From Planctomycetota bacterium (lineage in GTDB: Bacteria; Planctomycetota; B15-G4), in NCBI GenBank assembly GCA_021604805.1, contig BQJR01000001.1:987102-1051101 (forward strand): a stretch of 64,000 nt of DNA, in the 5' to 3' direction. A model generated the notes under the pieces. That model made no database searches. It was not told where the DNA came from and saw nothing but the letters and a program-made list of their open reading frames with translations. Position numbers and translations under genes: made by a program. Numbering within the stretch: the stretch's first letter is position 1; every line of letters starts with the position of its first letter. Positions 9,988-18,023 of the stretch are shown here, piece after piece.

Positions 9988-10817
9988 TCATGCTCTGGTT
10001 CGACCGTTTGTTCCCCGCCGTGATGTTGTCGTGGCCGGTGTTGGTCGCGAGCTGTGTGAAGCCGCATCCCACGTTGGCCGCGCCTCACGCAGCACAGAAA
10101 TTGCGTCGACTGTGGATCGCCACGCTCCTCGCACTCGCGCTCTTCGGCGGCGTGCAAGCGTTGCTCGAGTCCACGCAGGCCGAACGCAACGGCTTGCGCG
10201 CGGGCTGGCCGGTGTTGATCGGCACCGCGGGCTCGATGCTGCTCTTCTTCCGCTTCGCGATGCCGGCGCTCATCGCGCGCTCGCCGGGTTGGGGCGGGCC
10301 CGGTCCACGTCCGAGCCAAGCACGCGTGGCTTCGCTGCAACCGCGTGATGGCGCCGACTTGCTGCCGCGTTGGGCCATGCCGCTGGGTTGGGCGCTCTTC
10401 GCGTTGAGCGCCGCTGCCACCACTTGGGCGATCACGCGCGGCGCCCATCCCACGCTGCTGCTCGGCCTCAGCTTCTGGGTGACGATGGGCTGGGGTTGCC
10501 GCGCCGCCGCGCGCGAACCCGAACCGCTCGACGCGCAGGGCAGCGCGTCGCTGCGCGCGGCCTACCGTTCGGCGCGACGCCTGCGCGCGTGGGGCTTCTG
10601 GTCGGTGGGCGTGGCGGGCACGCTGTGTTTCAGCGCCGTGGCCGTGGTGGTCGTGGAGCACCCCGTGTCCGCAGGGATGCTCGGGGGCGTGGGCGGCTCC
10701 GCGATCGGCCTCGCGGGCGGCGTGTTCGGCACCATGGCGTCGGTGTCGCGCGCGCGGATCAACTCCGCGCTGCAGGAGCTGTCCGAGAGCGGCGCCACGG
10801 AAGAGTCGACCGCCTGA
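9984..10817 (+). CDS. Polytopic membrane protein of unknown function, translationally coupled to the GntR regulator
   Basis: 277 aa with at least 6 hydrophobic helices. Its ATG overlaps the regulator's TGA (ATGA). It lies in the same frame as the 3' part of track ORF 9399..10817. Confidence 0.65.
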   Translation: MIMLWFDRLFPAVMLSWPVLVASCVKPHPTLAAPHAAQKLRRLWIATLLALALFGGVQALLESTQAERNGLRAGWPVLIGTAGSMLLFFRFAMPALIARSPGWGGPGPRPSQARVASLQPRDGADLLPRWAMPLGWALFALSAAATTWAITRGAHPTLLLGLSFWVTMGWGCRAAAREPEPLDAQGSASLRAAYRSARRLRAWGFWSVGVAGTLCFSAVAVVVVEHPVSAGMLGGVGGSAIGLAGGVFGTMASVSRARINSALQELSESGATEESTA

Positions 10818-10873
10818 AACCAGCAGCCGCGCTGCCGGTGTCTCTCACGCGTGCGGTCGCTTATCCTCGCGCC

Positions 10874-13294
10874 ATGCGCATCGTGTCCATCGGCGGCGGC
10901 CCCGCGGGCCTGTACACCTCGATCCTGCTCGCCAAGGCCTTGCCCGACGCGACCATCGAAGTCTTCGAGCGCAATCGCGCCGACGACACCTTCGGCTGGG
11001 GCGTGGTCTTCTCCGCCGCCACGCTCGAACACTTCCGCGAGGAAGACGCCGAGAGCTACGACGCGATCACCAACGAGTTCATCTACTGGGACGACATCCA
11101 GACCTGGTACGGCGACACCTGGGTGCGCTCCACCGGTCACGGCTTCTGCGGCATGTCGCGCAAACGTCTGCTGGTCTTGCTGCAGGAGCGCGCCACGCAG
11201 CTCGGCGTGAAGCTGCACTTCGAGCACGCCGTGGACACGTTGAGCGACGTGGGCCCCGCCGACCTCGTGCTCGTCGCCGACGGACTCAACAGCGCCGTCC
11301 GCGACGCGCATGCCGAGGTCTTCCAACCCGAACTCGATTGGCGCGCCTGCAAGTTCACCTGGCTCGGCACCACGATGCCGATGGACGCCTTCACCTTCCT
11401 GTTCCGCGAGAACGAGCACGGACTCTTCTCGGTGCATGCCTATCCCTTCGAGCGCTTGGACGACGGCACCGAAGAACGCCCCGGCCTGGGCACTTTCATC
11501 GTGGAGTGCCGCGAGGAGACTTGGCGCGCCGCCGGCCTCGACACCGCCGACGAAGCCGCCACGATCGCCTACTTCACCGAGCTCTTCGCCGATCACCTCG
11601 ATGGCGCCGAGCTGCTCGCCAACCGCTCGATCTGGCGCACCTTCCCCACCGTCAAGAACGCCACCTGGCACCACGAGAACATGGTGCTGCTGGGCGACGC
11701 CGCGCACACCGCGCACTTCTCGATCGGCTCGGGCACCAAGCTCGCCATGGAAGACGCGATCGCGCTCAAGAACGCCGTCGTCGCCCACGGCACCAGCGAC
11801 ATCCCCGCGCTGCTCGCCGCCTACGAAGACGCGCGCTGGGTCGAGGTCGCCAAGCTGCAGAAGGCCGCGCAGACCTCGCTTGAATGGTTCGAACACACGG
11901 CGCGCTACACGCAGCAACACCCGCTGCAGTTCAGCTTCAACCTCATGTCGCGCAGCAAGCAGATCACCTACGACAACCTCGCCCTGCGCGACCCCGCGCT
12001 CGTGGCACGCGTGCGCGAATGGTGGTGGGACGAAGAACACGCGCGCTTCCTCGCCGCCGACGGCGCCGAAGCCGAGTGGCCCGCGCGTCAGAAGCACACC
12101 GAAGAGAGCCGCGCGGTGGCCGCACAGATCGCGGCGTCGAGCCCGGGGAAGCAACACGCGGGGCGCGCGCCGGCGCCGCTCTTCGCGCCGCTGCGCCTGC
12201 GCGAACTCACGCTGCCGAACCGGGTGGTCGTCTCACCGATGTGTCAGTACTCAGCGATGAACGGCGAGGTGAACGACTGGCATCTCGTGCACCTCGGCGC
12301 GCGCGCCACCGGCGGCGCAGGTTTGGTGATCACCGAGATGACCGACGTGTCCGCCGAAGGCCGCATCACCTACGGTTGCGCCGGCCTGTGGAACGACGCG
12401 CAGCAAGCCGCGTGGGCGCGCATCGTGAGCTGGATCCACGCGAACTCCCCCGCCAAGGTGGCCGTGCAACTCGCGCACGCCGGTCGCAAGGGCAGCTGCT
12501 CTCGACCCTGGGAAGGCGACGCGCCGCTGAGCGCACAGGCCAGCGCGAACCCGAACAGCGAACCCGCCTGGGAAACCGTTGCGCCGTCCGCGCTGCCCTT
12601 CAACGACGGCTGGCCCGCGCCGCGCGAGATGGATCGCTCCGACATGGACAAGGTGCGCGACGACTTCGTCGCCGCCACGCAACGCGCACTGGCCGCGGGC
12701 TTCGACATGATCGAGTTGCACATGGCGCACGGCTACTTGCTCAGCGAGTTCCTGTCGCCCGCCTGCAATCGTCGCGACGACGAGTACGGCGGCAGCCTCG
12801 AGAACCGGCTGCGTTTCCCACTCGAAGTCTTCGACGCCGTGCGCGCCGCCTGGCCCGACGACAAGCCGCTCGCCGTGCGCCTCTCCGCCACCGATTGGCT
12901 CGACGACCCCGACGCCGGCATGACCGTCGACGACACCGTGAGCGTGACGCGCACTCTCGGCGAACACGGCTGCGACCTCGTCGACATCTCGAGCGGCGGC
13001 AACACACCCGCGAGCGTGATCGACTTCGGGCGCATGTACCAGGTGCCCTTCGCCGAACGCGTGCGCGCCGAGACCAGCGTGCCCGTGATGGCCGTCGGCG
13101 CGATCTCCGGTCACGACCAGGTGAACACGATCCTGGCCGCCGGCCGCGCCGACCTGTGCGCGCTGGCGCGTCCACACCTGGAGAATCCGTCGATCGTGCT
13201 CGGCGCGAGCGCGGCCTACGAGCAGTACGATCAATGGTGGCCCGCGCAGTACTCCCCCGCGAAGCCGCGGCCACGTCGAACGGGACGCCGATGA
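10874..13294 (+). CDS. Bifunctional flavoprotein: FAD-dependent aromatic-ring monooxygenase fused to an Old-Yellow-Enzyme-type NADH:flavin oxidoreductase (salicylyl-CoA 5-hydroxylase/oxidoreductase-like)
   Basis: 806 aa. N-terminal Rossmann motif MRIVSIGGGPAGLY and the GDAAHTAHFSIGSGTKLAMEDA motif of group A flavin monooxygenases. The C-terminal half is an OYE TIM barrel (LTLPNRVVVSPMCQYS, HMAHGYLLSEFLSP). The start was refined from track ORF 10370..13294. Confidence 0.8.
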   Translation: MRIVSIGGGPAGLYTSILLAKALPDATIEVFERNRADDTFGWGVVFSAATLEHFREEDAESYDAITNEFIYWDDIQTWYGDTWVRSTGHGFCGMSRKRLLVLLQERATQLGVKLHFEHAVDTLSDVGPADLVLVADGLNSAVRDAHAEVFQPELDWRACKFTWLGTTMPMDAFTFLFRENEHGLFSVHAYPFERLDDGTEERPGLGTFIVECREETWRAAGLDTADEAATIAYFTELFADHLDGAELLANRSIWRTFPTVKNATWHHENMVLLGDAAHTAHFSIGSGTKLAMEDAIALKNAVVAHGTSDIPALLAAYEDARWVEVAKLQKAAQTSLEWFEHTARYTQQHPLQFSFNLMSRSKQITYDNLALRDPALVARVREWWWDEEHARFLAADGAEAEWPARQKHTEESRAVAAQIAASSPGKQHAGRAPAPLFAPLRLRELTLPNRVVVSPMCQYSAMNGEVNDWHLVHLGARATGGAGLVITEMTDVSAEGRITYGCAGLWNDAQQAAWARIVSWIHANSPAKVAVQLAHAGRKGSCSRPWEGDAPLSAQASANPNSEPAWETVAPSALPFNDGWPAPREMDRSDMDKVRDDFVAATQRALAAGFDMIELHMAHGYLLSEFLSPACNRRDDEYGGSLENRLRFPLEVFDAVRAAWPDDKPLAVRLSATDWLDDPDAGMTVDDTVSVTRTLGEHGCDLVDISSGGNTPASVIDFGRMYQVPFAERVRAETSVPVMAVGAISGHDQVNTILAAGRADLCALARPHLENPSIVLGASAAYEQYDQWWPAQYSPAKPRPRRTGRR

Positions 13295-14118
13295 GCACAC
13301 CACGCAAGTCCACGGGCTACCTGCACGGCTTCACGCCGGTGGAGCAAGACCGTCTGCGCCGCCAAGCGCGCTTCCTCGAACACAAGGTGCACGCGAGCCT
13401 TCCGTTCCGCCGCGCGCGCAAGCTGCTCGAAGTCGGCTGCGGTGTGGGCGCGCAGACCGAGATCCTGCTGCGACACTTCCCCGACCTGCACGTCACCGGT
13501 GTCGACGCGTCGCCTGAGAACTTGGAGCACGCCGCCTCCTTCTTGGGCGAACTCGCTTGGGCCGAGGGTCGCTACACGCACGTGCAAGGCGATGCCACGC
13601 GCCTCGACTTCGGCGCCGACTCCTTCGACTCCGCATTCTTGTGCTGGATCCTCGAGCACGTGAGCGATCCGCAGCGCGTGCTCTCGGAGGTGCGTCGCGT
13701 GCTGCGCCCGGGTTCGCCCGTGGTCGTGAGTGAGGTGCAGAACGCCACGTTCTTCCTGGATCCCTACAGCCCGAACACGCTGGCGTACTGGATGGCCTTC
13801 AACGATCACCAGATCGAGTTGGGCGGCGACCCCTTCGTGGGCGCCAAGCTCGGCAACCTGATGCTCGCCACCGGCTACCGCGACGTGACCACCAAGGTGC
13901 GCAGCTTCCACCTCGACAACCGCCACGCCGCCGAGCGCGCCGAGTTCCTGGCTTACTGGAGCGAGCTGCTGCTCTCGGGCGCCGAGGGTCTGCTGCAAGC
14001 CGGCAAGGTCGAGCAGTCGGTGGTCGACGGTATGAAGACCGAGCTCGACGAAGTCGGTCACGATCCCAACGCCGTGTTCTTCTACAGCTTCGTGCAAGCG
14101 CGCGCGCGCACCGACTGA
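13291..14118 (+). CDS. Class I SAM-dependent methyltransferase
   Basis: 275 aa. SAM-binding motif I LLEVGCGVGAQTE, followed by the motif post-I/II pattern (VTGVD... FDSAFLCWILEHV). Its ATG overlaps the upstream TGA (ATGA). Confidence 0.85.
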   Translation: MSTPRKSTGYLHGFTPVEQDRLRRQARFLEHKVHASLPFRRARKLLEVGCGVGAQTEILLRHFPDLHVTGVDASPENLEHAASFLGELAWAEGRYTHVQGDATRLDFGADSFDSAFLCWILEHVSDPQRVLSEVRRVLRPGSPVVVSEVQNATFFLDPYSPNTLAYWMAFNDHQIELGGDPFVGAKLGNLMLATGYRDVTTKVRSFHLDNRHAAERAEFLAYWSELLLSGAEGLLQAGKVEQSVVDGMKTELDEVGHDPNAVFFYSFVQARARTD

Positions 14119-14648
14119 CGCGCGCAGGGCCGACCGAAAAACGCGCGCCGCCCGAGCCTTGCAGCTCGGACGACGCACGCCGCTCTCAGCCGGTTCACGC
14201 TGGCCGTGCCCCCAGCAGCAGAGCCGCTGGTCTCCCGGGCGCCTCGCGAGTTGCTCCCCGATGAGCGTCTGTCTCGCGCGGTGGCCGCCGTGGGGTTCGG
14301 GTGATTGCGGAAGCCATGGTCGCAGGGAGGCGCAACCATGTGCTCCGTGTTACACCGCCGAGGCCGCGTTGGAAACAGCTTTCGAGCGACGCAACCGGCT
14401 TGTCACGACTGAGCTTCCGGGCGCGCGTGCACAGTGGCACCAGCTGTTGGCCACTGACCTCCTGCGGAAGCCGACTGCTTCGGTTCTCGGACCGTGAGGT
14501 CCGGAACAGCGTCGCGCTTGAAATCGACCTGGCCGGCGAGGGCTGACCGAGCGGTCCGCCCCCGGTTCCTGTACGCTCTCCCGACCCCACCGGGCCGGGG
14601 CAAGCCATGGCCCTCACCACGATCCCTCCCAATCACGAGGACTCCCTG

Positions 14649-15092
14649 ATGGCCGACTCCGGCAACGAACCCACCGTCATTGGCGCCGACACTCACATCA
14701 AGGGCGAGATGAGCTTCTCGAAGACGGTGCGCTTGGTGGGCACCTTCGAGGGTTCGGTGCATGGCGAGGGCGAGCTGCAAGTCAGCAAGGGCGCCGCCTG
14801 CAAAGCCGACGTGGACAGCAAGGCCGTGGTGGTCGACGGGATCGTGGAAGGCAACCTGATCGCGTCGGAGAAGGTGCAGCTGAACGCTTCAGGCGTGGTG
14901 CGTGGCGACATCGTCGCCGGCAAGATGGTCATGGCCGAGGGCGCGAGCTTCTTCGGTCAGTGCGCCGTGGGCCCCGAGGCGGTGAAGGCCGCGCACGGCA
15001 ACAAGCCGGGCGCCGACGCCGCGCAACAAGGCAACAAGCAGCAAGGCGGTCAGCAACAGCAACAGCAGCAGCGCGCAGCAGGCGCGAAGTAG
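14649..15092 (+). CDS. Bactofilin (polymer-forming cytoskeletal protein, DUF583) with a Gln-rich tail
   Basis: Beta-helical bactofilin pattern (VIGADTHIKGEMSF...LVGTFEGSVHGEGELQV...VVDGIVEGNL...VVRGDIVAGKMVMAEGASFFG). C-terminal tail QQGNKQQGGQQQQQQQ. ATG 14649 has a GAGGA 8 nt upstream, whereas the track start 14607 lacks an RBS. Confidence 0.85.
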   Translation: MADSGNEPTVIGADTHIKGEMSFSKTVRLVGTFEGSVHGEGELQVSKGAACKADVDSKAVVVDGIVEGNLIASEKVQLNASGVVRGDIVAGKMVMAEGASFFGQCAVGPEAVKAAHGNKPGADAAQQGNKQQGGQQQQQQQRAAGAK

Positions 15093-15156
15093 GTCGCGCG
15101 CGCGCCGGAGCGTCGCCACGCGCGATCGCTCCGGCACGACACGACCTGCATGACAC

Positions 15157-15579
15157 ATGGCGGCCCGTCGCGGCACGCACGTCGTGAGTTGCTACCACTG
15201 CGCCCACCGATTCGAAGTGGGCGGCAAGACGCAGTCCACGAACTGCCCTGAATGCAATCAGCGGCTCATCGTGGAAGACGTGGTGATCAAGCAACTCACG
15301 CCCGTAAAACAGGTGAACACCTGCGGACGGCTCGTGGTGCACGCCAAGGGCAGCCTGCTCGCAGAGCGCGTGCACGCCAGCGAAGGCGTGGAAGTCTTGG
15401 GCAGCCTGCAAGCGGATGTGACGAGCGCGGGCCCGGTGCACATCGGCCCCAAGGCGCGCTGGAAGGGTGACTGCAGCGCGCCGCGCTTGAGCATCGACGC
15501 CGGCGCGCGCATCGAGAGCGGCGCCTTCTCTGTTCCGCGCGACGACGAAGACCCGCTCTTACTCGACACCCGCGCCTGA
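15157..15579 (+). CDS. Zinc-ribbon-bactofilin fusion protein
   Basis: 140 aa. N-terminal CxxC-X16-CxxC (CYHCAHRFEVGGKTQSTNCPECN) is followed by a bactofilin-like beta-helix periodicity (CGRLVVHAKGSLLAERVHASEGVEVLGSLQADVTSAGPVHIGPKARWKGDCSAPRLSIDAGARIESGAF). Confidence 0.7.
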   Translation: MAARRGTHVVSCYHCAHRFEVGGKTQSTNCPECNQRLIVEDVVIKQLTPVKQVNTCGRLVVHAKGSLLAERVHASEGVEVLGSLQADVTSAGPVHIGPKARWKGDCSAPRLSIDAGARIESGAFSVPRDDEDPLLLDTRA

Positions 15580-16716
15580 ACGCGCCGCGCGCGGCTCGAG
15601 GTAGCGCTGACGCCCCTCGCGTTCCCACCACGTCCCCCAGCTCTGCGACGAAGGGAAGCTCTCGCCGGTGAGCTCAGTGAGGGCGCGCCGCAGTGAGTTC
15701 TGCGAGGCGCTCAACGACACACCGGCCACGCTGCTCACTCCTTGCACGGTGGCCGTCAGGCTGGCGCCTTCTTGCGCGATCCCGATCAACGGGTTGGCGA
15801 TCACGGAGTTGGTCGCGACTTCGCCCTCGTAGCCCTGCAGGAAGCTGCGTTGCGCACCGACGAACACGCTCCCCGTCGGGCGAGCTCCCCCACCGCCGTT
15901 CGCCGCGACCACCGGCGGCGCGAGCAAGCTCGACATGAGCGGCGCAACTGCTGCGGCGTAGCCGGCCGTGGCCAACGTCTCGGCCACGCGCGTCCGCAGC
16001 AGCGGGTTCGGCTCGTCGAGCAACTGCGCGAGCGCGACGACGCGTTCGCCGTCGTCGGCATCCCGTAGTCCGCGCGCCGCTTCAGCGCGCACGCTCGCGC
16101 TGGGATCGAGCACCGCGTGACGTTGCAAGCGCAGGAAGGCGTAGCCGGGTTCCAAGCGACGCAGCGCGAGGCTCGCGAACTGGCGCACTTCGGGGCGCGC
16201 GTCGCCGAGCGAGCTCTCGAGTTCTGTCAGCAACACCCGCGCTTGGCGGCCGCCCACGCGCTGCAGCTCGGCGAGCACGCGTTCGCGCAGCACCGGGCCG
16301 GCACCGTGACCGAGCGCCTGCAGCTGCACGCGCAGCGACGCCGCGACCGCCGGATCCGCGGACCAACGCGGCACACCGAGGCTCAGCTCGGGACGCGTGA
16401 GCAACGCGCGCGCCACGGGTTCGTCGGGGTCGAGGGCGAGCACGTCGTCGAGCACTTGGAGCGCCTCGCGCTTCAGCTGCGCGTCGAGCAAGGCCTCGGC
16501 GATCCGCGCGCGCTCACTGAGCCCTCCGTCGCGCCGCGCGAAGACCAAGGCCCGCTTGGCGGCGGACAACGCGTCGGCCGCGTCTCTTGCTTCGCGGATC
16601 TGCGCGCGCGCCGCCACGGCCCGTGGGCTCGGCTGCGATTCCGACTGTGCCTTCAAGGCCGCGCCCGGCATCCACATGGCGAGACCGATGAGCAGGCTGT
16701 GTCGGAGCGAAGGCAC
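15559..16716 (-). CDS. Secreted HEAT/armadillo-like repeat protein
   Basis: 385 aa. Signal peptide (LLIGLAMWMPGAALKAQ). Alpha-helical repeats with recurring D/E-x-x-P-x-V-R motifs (DARPEVRQFA, DPSASVRAEAA, EPNPLLRTRVA). Its 3' end overlaps the convergent gene by 21 nt. Confidence 0.65.
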   Translation of the reverse strand: MPSLRHSLLIGLAMWMPGAALKAQSESQPSPRAVAARAQIREARDAADALSAAKRALVFARRDGGLSERARIAEALLDAQLKREALQVLDDVLALDPDEPVARALLTRPELSLGVPRWSADPAVAASLRVQLQALGHGAGPVLRERVLAELQRVGGRQARVLLTELESSLGDARPEVRQFASLALRRLEPGYAFLRLQRHAVLDPSASVRAEAARGLRDADDGERVVALAQLLDEPNPLLRTRVAETLATAGYAAAVAPLMSSLLAPPVVAANGGGGARPTGSVFVGAQRSFLQGYEGEVATNSVIANPLIGIAQEGASLTATVQGVSSVAGVSLSASQNSLRRALTELTGESFPSSQSWGTWWEREGRQRYLEPRAARSGAGVE

Positions 16717-16847
16717 GCAGAGTCTCCCAACGAGGGCTTGCCGTGACGGCCACGGCGTGCAGCATCGTACAGCGCCTCGCGGTCTCCTCGGCCAGCCGCA
16801 CGACCGGCCAGCCCCCAGCCCCCCGAAGCGACCACCCGGAGAGAACC

Positions 16848-17261
16848 ATGGAACCCAAGCCCCCCGCGCCCAACCCCGCCTACCCCGCCGGCGTGCTGCC
16901 AGCGATCCGGCGCGTGATGACGCCCCAGGACACGAATGCCATGGGCACCGTGTTCGGCGGAGCGATCCTCTCCGACATCGACCTCGCGGCCGCCATCGCC
17001 GCTCACCGTCACCACTGCGGCAACGTGGTCACGGTGGCCATGGACCGCATCGAGTTCCTCAAGCCCGTGTTCGTGGGCGACGTGCTCACGATCTTCGCCA
17101 CCACGAGCAAACTCGGTCGCAGCTCGATCACCGTGGAGGTGAAGGTGTTCGCCGAGCGACGCCTGACCAACGGTGAGACCGTGAAGGTCACGCAAGCCGA
17201 GGTCACGATGGTCGCCGTCGACGAAGAACTGCGCCCGATCCCCGTGAAGCAACCTTGCTGA
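16848..17261 (+). CDS. Acyl-CoA thioesterase, hotdog fold (YciA-like)
   Basis: 137 aa. Motif MTPQDTNAMGTVFGGAILSDIDLAAAIAA is typical of YciA/4HBT-type thioesterases. The start was refined from track ORF 16743..17261. Confidence 0.8.
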   Translation: MEPKPPAPNPAYPAGVLPAIRRVMTPQDTNAMGTVFGGAILSDIDLAAAIAAHRHHCGNVVTVAMDRIEFLKPVFVGDVLTIFATTSKLGRSSITVEVKVFAERRLTNGETVKVTQAEVTMVAVDEELRPIPVKQPC

Positions 17262-18007
17262 ACGCGCGCTTCGATCCTCGTCCGGGCGGGCGCCTGCGCG
17301 GCGCGCTGATGTTCCTGCCCACCTTGCTCTGGGCCTTCGCGCACATGCTCGTGATGCTTGTGTGCAGCTACGTGCTGCGTGACTTCGCGGGTAAGCGGTC
17401 TGCCGCGCTGGTGCGCACCTGGGGTCACGTTCAACTGCGCTTGTTCGGCATCCGTTGCGAACTCGTGAACATGCAGCGGCTCGCAGAAGCTGGGCCGCGC
17501 ATCGTGACCTTCAACCATCAGAGCCTGCTCGACATGGCCTTGCTCGCCGTGTCTTGGCCCGACGACGGCTGCATCCTCTACAAGCAGGAGTTCCATCGCA
17601 TCCCGATCATGGGCCGACTGCTGCGTCGCATGGACATGATCCCGATCGACCGTGGTAACCGTGAAGCCGCCATCCAGAGCATCCGCGAGGCGGCACGTCG
17701 TGTGCGCGAACGCGGCGTGAAGGTGTTCATCGCGCCGGAGGGAACGCGCTCGCGACTCGGTCGTCTGGCGCCGTTCAAACGCGGCCCGTTCTACCTGGCC
17801 GTGGAGACGCACGTGCCGTTGCTCCCACTGGTGATGCACGGCGTGCGCGAACTCTGGCCGCACGACACGTTCATCCCGCGCACAGGCCGCGTGCGTGTCG
17901 AGATCCTGCCCGCCTGCGACACGTCGAACTGGAGCGTCGACACGCTCGACGCGCATGTGCAGACACTGCGCGACACCTACCTGGCTGCGCTGCCCGATCC
18001 CGCCTGA
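17255..18007 (+). CDS. plsC: 1-acyl-sn-glycerol-3-phosphate (lysophospholipid) acyltransferase
   Basis: 250 aa. HX4D motif FNHQSLLD and motif III FIAPEGTRS. The TTG start overlaps the thioesterase stop. An alternative ATG lies at 17309. Confidence 0.85.
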   Translation: MLNARFDPRPGGRLRGALMFLPTLLWAFAHMLVMLVCSYVLRDFAGKRSAALVRTWGHVQLRLFGIRCELVNMQRLAEAGPRIVTFNHQSLLDMALLAVSWPDDGCILYKQEFHRIPIMGRLLRRMDMIPIDRGNREAAIQSIREAARRVRERGVKVFIAPEGTRSRLGRLAPFKRGPFYLAVETHVPLLPLVMHGVRELWPHDTFIPRTGRVRVEILPACDTSNWSVDTLDAHVQTLRDTYLAALPDPA

Positions 18008-18023
18008 GCGCGCGCGACGCGCG

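Noticed and set aside
10562-12157. 531-aa ORF on the minus strand
   Set aside because: It is antisense to the flavin monooxygenase/OYE fusion, whose Rossmann and OYE motifs fix the true frame.
14391-14418. GCAACCGGCTTGTCACGACTGAGCTTCC resembles the 3' end of bacterial RNase P RNA (ACAGAACCCGGCUUAUCGGUCAGUUUCACC)
   Set aside because: The universally conserved P4 element GGAAAGUCCGG and the other core blocks are absent on both strands. In addition, about 350 nt of upstream sequence would have to overlap the methyltransferase CDS.
14496-14510. GAGGTCCGGAACAGC resembles the SRP RNA helix 8 motif (GGUCCGGAAGGAAGCAGC)
   Set aside because: The GGAA tetraloop is not closed by a complementary stem, and the conserved symmetric and asymmetric loop sequences are missing.
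14159-14632. ORFs 14159-14497 (plus strand, 112 aa) and 14195-14632 (minus strand, 145 aa) in the long gap upstream of the bactofilin genes
   Set aside because: Their translations are low-complexity, GC3 is far below that of neighbouring genes, and there is no RBS. The region is reported instead as an unexplained structured gap.
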